A stretch of 64,000 bases of DNA from a bacterium. GTDB taxonomy: Bacteria > Moduliflexota > Moduliflexia > Moduliflexales > JAUQPW01. The stretch covers positions 5,459 through 69,458 of the forward strand of contig JAUQPW010000009.1 in NCBI GenBank assembly GCA_030550175.1, in the 5' to 3' direction. The stretch's first letter is position 1, and every line of letters starts with the position of its first letter. Both the position numbers and the translations under genes were made by a program. The notes under the pieces were generated by a model, which had not been told where the DNA came from, did not search any database, and was given only the letters and a program-made list of their open reading frames with translations. Positions 41,728 through 52,074 of the stretch are shown here, piece after piece.

Positions 41728-42741
41728 ATGGCACTAAAAAAGGTGGTTTCCCTGGGTGGAAGTTCAGGTCCCAGATTGGTGTTTGAGAGTATCGGATCTT
41801 TCCCGGATATTCAGCTAACAGCCATCGTTGCCACGACAGATACTGGAAGCAGTACAGGGATCATCCGTAAGAATTTTTCCATCCCCGCTCCAGGGGATCT
41901 GCGGGCCACCCTGGCCCTCATGGCGGATCCTCCGGAAGCTTATAAACTCTTAAAAGAACTGTTTGAATATCGGCTTCAGCCGAGTTTTTCAACGGACCTT
42001 AAGAATATGGCCTTTGGGAATCTCTTTATTACAGCTTTAGCTGAACTGTTGGGAGATTTTGATCAGGCTATCCAATGGCTTCATCAATTCTTACAAGTCC
42101 GGGGAAAGGTTTTACCCGTCTCCCTTCAAAGCACTCATATTTGTGCCGAGTTGGAAGACGGATCCATTATAAAGGGAGAGTACTCCATCCGACAACCCCA
42201 CAAACCTCCCATTAAAAAGATCTTCCTGGAAGATCCGGAGGTTAAAGCCAACCCGGCTTGTCTTCAGGCTTTACATACGGCTGATCTCATCGTGATAGGC
42301 CCCGGTTGTCTTTATACCAGTCAAATCGCCTGTTTGATCTTTCCGGGTATCGTAGAAGCCATTCAAAAATCTCCCGCCAAAAAGGTTTACATTTGTAATA
42401 CAACTACCTATCCGGGTCAGACCGATGGTTTCACCTGCTTACGCCATGTGGAAGAAATTATGGCCTACCTTGGGAAGAATGTTCTGCATTATGCCCTTAT
42501 CAACCAGGGAACCCCTTCCCAAGAGGTCCTGGACTTATATGCCCAGGAGGGGTGTATATTTATGGACTTAACGCCGGAAATGCGAGATCAAATTCAGAAT
42601 TTAAATATCCGTATATTGAGCGGTTATCTTTTAGAACCTGAAAGAAAAGAAAAAAGAAAACTTCACAAGTTAGATACCATCCGGTTGGATCCTGGAAAGG
42701 TTGGATTACTCTTATATCAGATCTTAACCTGTAAAGAATAA
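41728..42741 (+). CDS. YvcK/CofD (UPF0052) family protein
   Basis: SLGG, TDTGSSTG, PGDLR, FGNLFITAL, ADLIVIGPGCLYTS. Confidence 0.85.
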   Translation: MALKKVVSLGGSSGPRLVFESIGSFPDIQLTAIVATTDTGSSTGIIRKNFSIPAPGDLRATLALMADPPEAYKLLKELFEYRLQPSFSTDLKNMAFGNLFITALAELLGDFDQAIQWLHQFLQVRGKVLPVSLQSTHICAELEDGSIIKGEYSIRQPHKPPIKKIFLEDPEVKANPACLQALHTADLIVIGPGCLYTSQIACLIFPGIVEAIQKSPAKKVYICNTTTYPGQTDGFTCLRHVEEIMAYLGKNVLHYALINQGTPSQEVLDLYAQEGCIFMDLTPEMRDQIQNLNIRILSGYLLEPERKEKRKLHKLDTIRLDPGKVGLLLYQILTCKE

Positions 42742-43683
42742 TCAGAACCAGCGTCTCTTATCTACCATATTCTTTAAAGGCTCACCTCCAATAAACCGTC
42801 GAAGGTTCTCTTTTACAACGTTGATTCGACGCTCTGCCGTATGAGGGTCTTCTCCCGCAGTATGGGGAGTTATGATGACATTTTCCATGCCCCAAAGGGG
42901 ATGGTGAGAAGGGAGAGGTTCGATTTCAAATACATCCAATCCTGCACCGGCAATTTCACCGTTTTGCAGGACCGTAGTTAAGGCTGCCAGATCCACCACA
43001 GCCCCACGTCCCACATTGATAAAGTAAGCGGTTTTCTTCATCTGTCTGAATTGGGCCATACCGATCATTTTAACCGTTTCGGGGGTTTGCGGTACACAAA
43101 CTACGACAAAATCAGATTCTGTTAAGAGCTTATTTAATCGATCAAGCCCCCATAAGGCCTTAACAAATCTGGGCTTTCTTTTTTTGACCGCATCAACGGC
43201 AATGACGCGCATCCCGGAAGCTGCTCCCCGTCTGGCCACCTCCGTTCCGATTCCCCCCAGTCCGATAATCCCTAAGGTCTGGTCCGCAAGATGGATGACA
43301 GGAACACCCCCCTGCCATTTTCGTTGGAATTGCCGTCGAAGGTAAATATGAAACCCACGGGCAAAACACAGAATATATCCCATGACATGATCTGCAATAT
43401 GATCGCTGTAAATCCCTTGCATATTGGTGAGAATCACGTCACTTTCCATCAACGCGGGGAACATATAATGTTCAAGTCCGGCAATAGGCGTTTGAATCCA
43501 TCGCAATTTTCTCGCCTTCGCCAAAAGGGCCGGGGTAATGGTCCCATACATGGCATCCACCTCGTCTATAACCTCAAGCGCTTTCTCTTCTTCCTGGATA
43601 TTCAAAATTTCAACCTCTTTTGAAACGGATTGAATCTCTTGAAGGGATTTCTCATCTATTGCAGGATAAATCAGGAATTTCAT
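42742..43683 (-). CDS. D-2-hydroxyacid dehydrogenase
   Basis: GIIGLGGIG, INVGRG, LDVFEIEPL, ITPHTAG. Confidence 0.92.
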   Translation of the reverse strand: MKFLIYPAIDEKSLQEIQSVSKEVEILNIQEEEKALEVIDEVDAMYGTITPALLAKARKLRWIQTPIAGLEHYMFPALMESDVILTNMQGIYSDHIADHVMGYILCFARGFHIYLRRQFQRKWQGGVPVIHLADQTLGIIGLGGIGTEVARRGAASGMRVIAVDAVKKRKPRFVKALWGLDRLNKLLTESDFVVVCVPQTPETVKMIGMAQFRQMKKTAYFINVGRGAVVDLAALTTVLQNGEIAGAGLDVFEIEPLPSHHPLWGMENVIITPHTAGEDPHTAERRINVVKENLRRFIGGEPLKNMVDKRRWF

Positions 43684-43752
43684 AAGGTATACTCCTTTTA
43701 GAAGTAATCTTTCAAAGTCAAAGATTTTATATTAACTTTAAATAGGGAGAAT

Positions 43753-44190
43753 ATGGAGCGTCAAGGATTTTATCCACCGGAAAGTCATTATTTTTTCTTC
43801 TACGGAACCTTATGTCGGAGGGGTCCTAATTTCAAAAAATACGCCTACGACGCCTTAACCATTCAAGAAGCCAGAACCTTGGGAGAACTTTATCGCCTTC
43901 CCCAGGGGTATCCGGTTCTGCTATCCGGTCCTACCGGCTATGTTTACGGTGAGGTCATGACCTTTCCAGATACCTGGAAAGTCTTGGAACGATTAGACGA
44001 GTTGGAGGAATATAATGAAAAAGATCCCGAAGGAAGCTATTACCTTCGGGTTTTAAAGGACGTTGAGATTCTGGCAACCGGTGAACACCTCCAGGCCTGG
44101 TGCTATCTGTTTCCGGAGAATCGTCGTAAGGAACTTGAAAAGATTGCTGTCAGGCTTCCTACGGGATATTGGGAGCCAACCGAACTTTAG
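43753..44190 (+). CDS. Gamma-glutamylcyclotransferase (AIG2-like) family protein
   Basis: FFYGTL, GYP, VYGEV, LDELEEY, YLR. Confidence 0.85.
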   Translation: MERQGFYPPESHYFFFYGTLCRRGPNFKKYAYDALTIQEARTLGELYRLPQGYPVLLSGPTGYVYGEVMTFPDTWKVLERLDELEEYNEKDPEGSYYLRVLKDVEILATGEHLQAWCYLFPENRRKELEKIAVRLPTGYWEPTEL

Positions 44191-44200
44191 AGTTTCTTCT

Positions 44201-45781
44201 TTATCGAACCCGCCTTCTGAGTACCCGACTGAGAACTTCTCTAGCAGCGCGTTCACCGGATTCACTGGCTCCGTTCATAAATCCTTGAAAATCAAGACTT
44301 GTATGTTCTCCGGCAAAGTGGAGGCCCTTAACCGGTTCCATTTCGGCTCCTGCCAGGGTTGTATATTGACCCGGTCGATAACAGGCATAGCTTCCTTTAA
44401 CGAAAGGTGCCGTCGGCCAATGGTAACGGGCAGCTTGCCCGGTATAAGCCGTTGTGGCTCCGGGGAAAATTTTATTGATCTGGGAGACAAAATCGGCGGC
44501 TTGTTCCTGGGGAGTTCCATCACCGACTTTAATTCCACGATTTCCTCCCACGAAGTTTGTCAGAATTCCATGTTTACCGGCCTGTCCACGGCTCGTATCC
44601 CAAGAGGATTGATAACCCAGATCTGAAAAAGTACTGCCGTTACTTCCGGCTATCCGCCAGATCCGTTGGGAAAAGCCTGCGATAATCTTCGCATTGGTAC
44701 CATAGCCGAGAGTCTCTATAGCAAGTTGTTTAGCCGGAGGGAGTGGGACCTGGATTTTAACCTGTCGGAGCATGGTAAAAGGAATGGCCAGAACCACCTC
44801 GTCGGCCGTAATATCTCTGACCTTACCGGCCTGGTTGATCGTCAATCGATAAGTTCCATTGGCCAGCTGCCGGATTGCTTCCAGGCGAGTTTCAAACTCA
44901 ATGGGTCGCCGAAGTCGCTGAGCAAGTCGTTTCGGTACACTATCATTACCTTCAGCGATATGGAAGCGCTCATCACTTTCCCCGAAGAGCTTGAAGTGAT
45001 CTGGATCGGTTCCGATCAGAAAGAGTAAATTCAGAGCACTTTGTTCATCCACTTCAAGGCCGTATTCCCCCAGATAGGCCACTTCCAGTAAAGATCGAAT
45101 GACCCCGGTTACACCCCGTGTGTCTAACCACTCAGCAATACTGAGACGGTCCAGGACTTGACCGTTGTGGGGATTTTTATAGGTTACCGATCCATCCCCG
45201 GTAAGGGTTGCAAGATCTTTCATAATAAGCGCAGCCACCGGGCGAAAATTTTCTACGATCTCAACATAGGGCACAGAACGGTTTTCAAAGTAATAAACAT
45301 CCGAGATCAAGTTATCATCGGCCTTATGAACATCGATCAGCGTAAGTCCCAGCTCTTTGACCAGGCGCCGAAGCGAGGTATGTCCTGTATCAATGAACTC
45401 ACCGCCCAACTCTGCAATCTGGCCGTCAGGAAAAGCATTACGCAAGGTAAACATACGTCCCCCCACCCGGGTATCTGCCTCCAGCACACGGGCCCGGATC
45501 CCTGCTTGCTGAAGTCGATAGGCACAGGTCAGCCCGGCACAACCTGCACCTACAATGACAACACGGGGACCATCGGCGGCCATCACCGAAAATTCTGGAA
45601 ACACTCCTTCCATCACCATCCCGGCTACGGCAGCGGTGGTTGTTTGAAGGAACCGGCGACGACTCCATTGAACCTCGGCAATCTGCTCAAGCCCTTCCGT
45701 TGTGGAAATACCCTTCGCTTCAAAGTACGCGGCAAGTTTTAAGGTACGTTGAATTTTAGAGAAAAGTTGGGTTCTAGCCAT
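44201..45781 (-). CDS. Flavin monoamine oxidase family protein with a Tat-like motif
   Basis: SRRRFL plus hydrophobic helix, GAGCAGL, RVGGR, ELGGEF, FAGEHT...GFMNGA. Confidence 0.88.
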   Translation of the reverse strand: MARTQLFSKIQRTLKLAAYFEAKGISTTEGLEQIAEVQWSRRRFLQTTTAAVAGMVMEGVFPEFSVMAADGPRVVIVGAGCAGLTCAYRLQQAGIRARVLEADTRVGGRMFTLRNAFPDGQIAELGGEFIDTGHTSLRRLVKELGLTLIDVHKADDNLISDVYYFENRSVPYVEIVENFRPVAALIMKDLATLTGDGSVTYKNPHNGQVLDRLSIAEWLDTRGVTGVIRSLLEVAYLGEYGLEVDEQSALNLLFLIGTDPDHFKLFGESDERFHIAEGNDSVPKRLAQRLRRPIEFETRLEAIRQLANGTYRLTINQAGKVRDITADEVVLAIPFTMLRQVKIQVPLPPAKQLAIETLGYGTNAKIIAGFSQRIWRIAGSNGSTFSDLGYQSSWDTSRGQAGKHGILTNFVGGNRGIKVGDGTPQEQAADFVSQINKIFPGATTAYTGQAARYHWPTAPFVKGSYACYRPGQYTTLAGAEMEPVKGLHFAGEHTSLDFQGFMNGASESGERAAREVLSRVLRRRVR

Positions 45782-45821
45782 GACAAATCCTCCGAATCGG
45801 TCGGTAAAAAAGTGGCCCCTT

Positions 45822-46469
45822 TTACACAGCCTCTTCTAGATCCAAAAGGTCAAAATCGGTTACCACACGACTGACGCGTCCATCTGAGCTGTACCCCAGG
45901 TAGGTTGCATAAAAACCATTTCCAAAGCCCGACGAAAAGGCTATGAAATTTGCTCCATTGGAAGGATTCATACATATATTTATCCAGGACCAGGAGGGAA
46001 GGTAGGTTTTTTCAAACTCCGAAATTAACCTTTCTCGATAGCCTTCTTCATTCCCTAATTTCTCCATAAGTATCTGAGCCGTCTCCACATCCATAAAACA
46101 TCCCATTTCCGAGTCAATCCCATAGCCGAATATCTCCCTCTCCCTCAGAGAGCCCAGATCTTGACCCGAAATCGTAGCCATTTCCCATCGTATGGGCACT
46201 TCATGACCTATCTGGATCATAGCACAGGCAACCCTCTCATCCCCAGCATCCAGGAAATGGGCAACACTTAAAATAACCGGATAAGAACCCGGTCTAAAAC
46301 TTACCGTAAAGGGTTTGGGTTCCGGACAAACCAAAGGATCACAAGCAACTAACTTACCTGAAGTCAGAACCAGCTTTCCAATGGGGTGACATTTTAAAAT
46401 GATTTCTTCATCGGCAACTACTATTTTTTGACCATCCTGAAAGGCTTTGGAAAAGTCTGAATGTTTCAT
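45822..46469 (-). CDS. DUF4241-like protein
   Basis: SGKLVACDP, PGSYPV, GYGIDSEMGCFMD, FSSGFGNGFY, VTDF. Confidence 0.7.
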   Translation of the reverse strand: MKHSDFSKAFQDGQKIVVADEEIILKCHPIGKLVLTSGKLVACDPLVCPEPKPFTVSFRPGSYPVILSVAHFLDAGDERVACAMIQIGHEVPIRWEMATISGQDLGSLREREIFGYGIDSEMGCFMDVETAQILMEKLGNEEGYRERLISEFEKTYLPSWSWINICMNPSNGANFIAFSSGFGNGFYATYLGYSSDGRVSRVVTDFDLLDLEEAV

Positions 46470-46805
46470 GGGTTATCCTCCAAACATAATCAAAGGGATA
46501 AAATCTAACCAGGGTTTACCTCTAGATTTGTCGTCATTATAAAGATTAATGGGAAGGATGCAAGGAGAAAATGTAAAAAAGAAAGGGTTCCCAGGCTAAA
46601 GATTTCTCTTCATCGACCCGCTTAATTCAAACGATCCAAAGAAATAGCTTGACGGAGTATTCCGCCGACAGATATATAACAGATAGATAAAAGCTATACT
46701 TTCGAGGTTCAATTCCGCAAAAGTATAGATAAATAATGGTTGGAGAAAACGGACTAAAGTATCCGGCTTCGATTTAGTCATCAGCGAGAAGGGAGGAGAG
46801 TAAGT

Positions 46806-48002
46806 ATGCATAAAGATGTTGTTATTATCGGAGGGGCCCGGACGCCTTTCGGGAAATTCTTGGGAAGCCTCAAGGATATAGACTCTGTAGAGCTGGCTAC
46901 CATAGCCTCTAAGGAAGCCATCAGGCGAGCCCGAATCACACCAGATCGAATTGATCATGTGGTTTTTGGGAATGTTATTCAAACCCATAAGGGATCTATT
47001 TATTTAGCCAGGCATATCGGCTTAAAATCGGGTGTTCCCATTTCAACCCCGGCCCTTACTGTAAACCGACTGTGTGGCTCCGGCTTACAGGCCATAGTCT
47101 ATGGAGCCCAATTGCTTTTGTTAGGTGAAGCAACCTTTGTACTGGCAGGTGGAACGGAGAATATGAGTCAAGCCCCCTATGTTTTACGAGGAGCTCGGGA
47201 GGGCTTCAGGCTCTCATTTGCCGGAAATGAACCGGTATTACAGGATTCTCTGGGAGACGCTTTGGTAGATACCTATCACGATACGCCCATGGCTATCACG
47301 GCCGAAAACTTAGCCCAAAAATATCAAATCACCCGACAGGAAGTAGATGAATTTGCTTTGCGGAGCCAGATGAAGGCCCGGGCGGCTATTATGGAAGGAA
47401 GACTTAAGGAAGAGATCGTCCCGGTGGAGATAACGGATAAAAAAGGACGGACCTCTATTTTTGACACCGATGAACATCCGCGCATGGATACCACCCTGGA
47501 AGGACTTATGAAATTACCTCCGGTATTTAAAAAAGACGGATGTGTAACGGCAGGCAATGCAAGTGGAATTTGTGACGGTGCAGCAGCCGTTGTTTTGACC
47601 ACCGCAGAGATAGCCGAAAAAGAAGGCCTTACCCCCCTGGGAAGATTAGTTAACTGGGGTTTGGCCGGTGTAGATCCTGATATCATGGGAATCGGCCCGG
47701 CAGATGCCACCAGAATTGTACTTAAAAAAGCAAATCTAAGCCTGAAGGATATGGATCTGATCGAGATTAATGAAGCCTTTGCCGCCCAATATTTAGCCGT
47801 AGAGAAAGAATTAGGCCTCGACCGGGAGAAAGTGAATGTAAACGGTGGCGCCATTGCCTTAGGGCATCCGGTAGGCGCCAGTGGGGCCCGGCTGGCTTTA
47901 ACCCTCCTCTATGAACTTCGACGTCGAGAAGCTAAATACGGTCTGGCAAGCCTCTGTATTGGGGGTGGACAGGGAATCGCAGCGATTTTTGAAAGAATAT
48001 AA
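46806..48002 (+). CDS. Acetyl-CoA C-acyltransferase (thiolase)
   Basis: RTPFG, NRLCGSG, AGNASG, NEAFA, GHPVGASG, CIGGGQG. Confidence 0.95.
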   Translation: MHKDVVIIGGARTPFGKFLGSLKDIDSVELATIASKEAIRRARITPDRIDHVVFGNVIQTHKGSIYLARHIGLKSGVPISTPALTVNRLCGSGLQAIVYGAQLLLLGEATFVLAGGTENMSQAPYVLRGAREGFRLSFAGNEPVLQDSLGDALVDTYHDTPMAITAENLAQKYQITRQEVDEFALRSQMKARAAIMEGRLKEEIVPVEITDKKGRTSIFDTDEHPRMDTTLEGLMKLPPVFKKDGCVTAGNASGICDGAAAVVLTTAEIAEKEGLTPLGRLVNWGLAGVDPDIMGIGPADATRIVLKKANLSLKDMDLIEINEAFAAQYLAVEKELGLDREKVNVNGGAIALGHPVGASGARLALTLLYELRRREAKYGLASLCIGGGQGIAAIFERI

Positions 48003-48028
48003 ATAAATGGAAAGAACTCACTCTTTCG

Positions 48029-48129
48029 CCTCTAAGACCCAAAGGTGCTAAGATTTGCTAAGATTCTGAAGGTCTTTAGGTTCCTTCCAATAAGTAGAAA
48101 ACAGGCTTAGTGCCTTTGAGTCTTAGAGG
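48029..48129. repeat. Intergenic inverted repeat between thiolase and hbd
   Basis: CCTCTAAGACCCAAAGGTGCTAAG / CTTAGTGCCTTTGAGTCTTAGAGG, 21/24 match. Confidence 0.6.
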
Positions 48130-48137
48130 TTCTGGAT

Positions 48138-48992
48138 ATGCAAATTAAACATGTTGGGGTCGTTGGATGTGGATTGATGGGCTCGGGTATTGCGCAGGTT
48201 TGTGCGCAGGCCGGATATCCAGTTACCGTAAGGGAGATTTCCCAAGATTTGCTGGATAAAGGACTTCAAAGTATCCACAAGTTTTTGTCAACCGGTGTTG
48301 AAAGAAAGAAGTTGACCGAAGAACAAAAAAATCAAATTCTGGGCCGAATTAAAGGAACAACTCGACTGGAAGACTTAGGGAATTGTGATTTAATCATTGA
48401 AGCCGTGGTAGAAGATATTCATATAAAAAAGGAAGTGTTTGGCGCACTGGACAAGATTTGTCCTCCTGAAACCATTCTGGCCAGTAATACCTCCTCCCTG
48501 ACGATTATTGAGATGGCTGCAGCTACCGGTCGTCCGGATCGTGTTGTAGGCTTGCATTTTTTCAATCCGGCTCCCTTGATGAAATTGGTCGAGGTAGTAC
48601 GAACCATTGCTACAAATGACGAAGTCTTCCAGACAGCCTTTGAGTTTGTAAAGTCCCTGGGGAAAGAACCCGTGGCGGCTAAGGATAACTCCGGGTTTAT
48701 CGTTAATTTTCTACTGATTCCCTACCTGCTGGGAGCTATTCGGGCTCTTGAAAACGGACTGGCTTCTAAAGAGGATATCGATAAGGCCATGAAGCTGGGC
48801 TGCGGATACCCCATGGGACCCTTTGAACTCCTGGATTTCGTGGGATTGGATACTACTTACAAAGTCGCCAATATCCTCTTTGAAGAATATCGAGATCGCC
48901 TTTACGCTCCACCCCCTCTGTTGAAAAAAATGGTTCTGGCCGGTTATCTGGGAAGAAAATCCGGGAAAGGATTTTATGATTACACAAAGTAG
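48138..48992 (+). CDS. hbd: 3-hydroxybutyryl-CoA dehydrogenase
   Basis: GCGLMGSGIA, IEAVVE, SNTSS, GLHFFNP, GYPMGP, GRKSGKGFY. Confidence 0.93.
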   Translation: MQIKHVGVVGCGLMGSGIAQVCAQAGYPVTVREISQDLLDKGLQSIHKFLSTGVERKKLTEEQKNQILGRIKGTTRLEDLGNCDLIIEAVVEDIHIKKEVFGALDKICPPETILASNTSSLTIIEMAAATGRPDRVVGLHFFNPAPLMKLVEVVRTIATNDEVFQTAFEFVKSLGKEPVAAKDNSGFIVNFLLIPYLLGAIRALENGLASKEDIDKAMKLGCGYPMGPFELLDFVGLDTTYKVANILFEEYRDRLYAPPPLLKKMVLAGYLGRKSGKGFYDYTK

Positions 48993-49044
48993 CTACACAA
49001 GGATCTCCCCGGTTCCTTTATGAAATAGGTTTTTCTTAACACCT

Positions 49045-49113
49045 AACCCTCTCATTCCCATACTCCCCCCTGTATCCCCCCGTGGACGGGGGGAGTATGG
49101 GAATGAGAGGGTT
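49045..49113. repeat. Perfect 26-bp inverted repeat between convergent genes (possible bidirectional terminator or REP)
   Basis: AACCCTCTCATTCCCATACTCCCCCC (49045-49070) / GGGGGGAGTATGGGAATGAGAGGGTT (49088-49113). Confidence 0.75.
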
Positions 49114-49215
49114 CGGGTAGGTAATCCAACGGTGGGTCCTCCAAAGCCATTTCGTCGGATGATGACAATATCATCTGTATTCTTAAGCTATTGCAAATCG
49201 GATAGGGGATAAGGT

Positions 49216-51507
49216 TTAGGGAGGAGTATCCGAAACTTTATAAATAATCACCTCACCTTGATGATAAACCGGCTCAAAGGCGGTGTTAAATCCATCCAAT
49301 CCCACCGGGTCATGGGTTTGCTTTTCTAGGGAACCTACGTAAATATATTGAATGCGATATTTTTTTAATAAATCTTGAACGGTGGATTTATCCGGAGCCG
49401 TGTAAATCATCTGAATATCCTGGGTGCGCTCCATAATAGATTTCCAGGTTTGATCTCGCCAAAGAGCTTCATGATTCCCCCAACCCAATACGGTTGGAAA
49501 TCCTGTATTGGTGGAAACCCTCCCATAGAAGGAATAAGGTTTCCCGGTGGCTTCTAAAATAACAGGTTGCCCGGAAAGGTTTTCTTTTAACCACTTTATA
49601 GCCCGATACTCTTGAGGATAACGAAATTGAATATACAGGGTACCGTCCAGGGTTGGAAGATAGGGAAGGCCTCCGTGTTTTGAATCTTTGAATCGATTAC
49701 ATTTCTCGTAGGTCGCAGCAATGGGATAAATAACCAGAGCTACCAGTAAAAACATGAAAACATAATCCCAGTAAATCCGGACCTTCTCCTTCAAAAACCC
49801 CCGGGTATCGATCTCATAAAGTAAATAAGGAATACCTATGGATAAGAAAATCCAAATCTGATAATAAAATTTGAAGATGGTATTCTGCCGTTCAAGGGGA
49901 TGGGCGTAAAAATCCTTAATATATATCAACTCGCATCCGATCAAAATCACCGTAGCCACAAAGATCAATCCATAGGTAAATTGCGAAGAAGCTTCTCTCT
50001 CCTGTAACGCTAATATTAAAAATAACAGGGTAAGAGGTAAGGTCAGAGGAATAACCCAGGTATTAAAAACAAGATATAAGATCGGAAAGGATAACAAAAG
50101 ACTTCCCCACAGGGTCCTTTGAACATCCTGCGTAAAGGAGCTTAGCATGTTTCTGGATTTACAGAAGGCGAAGGTGATCAGGATAAACAAGAAAAACCCA
50201 TAGATAATGAGGTAATAAGCCAGCCCGGTCCGCTGAGAACTTGAAACCATTCGGAGGCTACTGAGAGGAACCTGAGATTTAAAAGATAGATGGAAGGGCA
50301 GGTATAGAATATAGCTCCCGATCACTAAGACTAAAAAGGTGAAGAAGGTCCGTCCAACATAAGCGGATAATCCCGGTTTCTGGAAATGCAGGTCAGAAGT
50401 TCCTGTCTTTCTAAGATTTCCTAGGAAAAGACCAAAAAGGGTTAAAAGGAGATACGTGGGAAAATCCCATGTGTTAAGAAAGGGAGCGGCACCCAGGGAG
50501 AGACAGAAGGGGAGAAGGAGAAAACGGGAACGAGGAAGAACGCGAGGGCGAGAGAAGGAAAGGAGGGATGAGGGGAACTGCTCTTCCACTTCCCTGTTCT
50601 TCTTTTCACCTTTCTTCCCTTTCTCCTTTTCTCCCCATGCAACCTCATACAACAGTGAAAGAAATAACAGGGCAAAGGGGATCGACATAAAATGGGCATG
50701 AAGATCTCCCAGTAAGAAGCTGAAGAAGGGGAACTCGTTGATAGTATCCGGAATAATTCGGGAGCTCCGCCACCAGTCAAAGGGGAACAATCTTCCTCTC
50801 TCCAGCCATTGGATAAGTGCGTCGAGATTACCCGCTAGGCACAATAAAAACCCGGTCAAAAAACCGTAACGAAATCGACCTGTTAGCTTAAAACCCAGAC
50901 TAAATGCACCAACCAAAGATAGAGCCGGTATGGTGGCTACGGCCAGATTAAATCCTATGGAAGAGGGAATCTTCGATAGTTTAATGACTTGAGCCCAGAT
51001 AAAATAGCCAAAGTAATAATAGTTAAGAGGTTCTCCGGCAAACCAGGTATCCATAGGGGGAAGGGTTTTACTTTGTAAAATGGCGTTGAGGAAGGTAAAA
51101 TCCGGCTCCTTTTCCGCTCCTGTAATATCTGGATTATAGGATCGAATAAAGGCAAAGGCTAAATAGGCCGATAAGAAGATAACTTCCAGGAGGAGCAACA
51201 GTTTAAGATTTCGTTGAAGAAACTTGATCAGATCCTTACGATGGGGCTGGACGAGTCCGAAACCCACCCCCAAAATAAGAATAAAGGCTACCGACAACCA
51301 GGCCGTTATAGTCTCATAGGGGAGCAGATGCAAACTGGTGAAAAGCCAGCTTATATAAGCACAGAATAAAAGTCCCTGGATTTTAGCCAAGGCATAACCC
51401 CGGTCTGGGAAGCCGGGAAAAAGGCGATAAGAAATGGGAAAAGTACTCCATGCCAGAATCTGGATGATAAGATACCAGATAAGCAGGGATAAAAATTCAG
51501 AATTCAT
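49216..51507 (-). CDS. DUF2298 (YYY-motif) multi-pass membrane protein
   Basis: GAEKEPD, PPMDTWFAG, NYYYFG, WWRSSR, INEFPFFSFLLGDLHAH, NTWDFP, NTIFKFY, TGFPTVLGW. Confidence 0.85.
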   Translation of the reverse strand: MNSEFLSLLIWYLIIQILAWSTFPISYRLFPGFPDRGYALAKIQGLLFCAYISWLFTSLHLLPYETITAWLSVAFILILGVGFGLVQPHRKDLIKFLQRNLKLLLLLEVIFLSAYLAFAFIRSYNPDITGAEKEPDFTFLNAILQSKTLPPMDTWFAGEPLNYYYFGYFIWAQVIKLSKIPSSIGFNLAVATIPALSLVGAFSLGFKLTGRFRYGFLTGFLLCLAGNLDALIQWLERGRLFPFDWWRSSRIIPDTINEFPFFSFLLGDLHAHFMSIPFALLFLSLLYEVAWGEKEKGKKGEKKNREVEEQFPSSLLSFSRPRVLPRSRFLLLPFCLSLGAAPFLNTWDFPTYLLLTLFGLFLGNLRKTGTSDLHFQKPGLSAYVGRTFFTFLVLVIGSYILYLPFHLSFKSQVPLSSLRMVSSSQRTGLAYYLIIYGFFLFILITFAFCKSRNMLSSFTQDVQRTLWGSLLLSFPILYLVFNTWVIPLTLPLTLLFLILALQEREASSQFTYGLIFVATVILIGCELIYIKDFYAHPLERQNTIFKFYYQIWIFLSIGIPYLLYEIDTRGFLKEKVRIYWDYVFMFLLVALVIYPIAATYEKCNRFKDSKHGGLPYLPTLDGTLYIQFRYPQEYRAIKWLKENLSGQPVILEATGKPYSFYGRVSTNTGFPTVLGWGNHEALWRDQTWKSIMERTQDIQMIYTAPDKSTVQDLLKKYRIQYIYVGSLEKQTHDPVGLDGFNTAFEPVYHQGEVIIYKVSDTPP

Positions 51508-52074
51508 AAACGTTACTACTCAACCAACCCTCTATAGGATAAGTTCTAGAAATGTCAGGCGGCTGAACTGTGGGTATCATAAAATCGTTTTTATTAAAAG
51601 TCAATCAAATCCAGGAACTTTTTTCTAATACCGACTTCAATCAAATCGAAGAATACCTTCCCCGGTGAGCCGCCTCCCCCTCCTTTTCCGGAGCTTTAGC
51701 CTATGATTCGAGTCATCAAAGGCTATTCAAACGAATCTTAATCAAGGAGCCGATCTAACTAAGATTTCCGTGTTCGGGTAAGGGGTCAGGTTGGATTGAT
51801 TAGGAAGGGTAGGATTTGTTATGACGTCCTTTCAGAATTTTAACCTTCTGGCTTGGACAAACTGTCAAAATAGGCTGTCCTCTCTGGGGGGAAGAAGAAG
51901 TAGTATTAAATCCCAAACAAAATGTTGTCGGTTTGGATAGATTTCGATTCAGAATGGGAAAATGGCCATAGAGAACCACCCCTACCGGGTTCTTCTTCAG
52001 GGTTATAGGAACCTACAGGATAGGGGCCTTCTCTTAGGCTGGAGACCGGTAGAACGTAGTTTCATTCTACCGGG

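Noticed and set aside
46692-46730. GGTTCAATTCC resembling a tRNA T-loop
   Set aside because: No cloverleaf; it is the loop of a simple CTATACTTT/AAAGTATAG hairpin in a promoter region.
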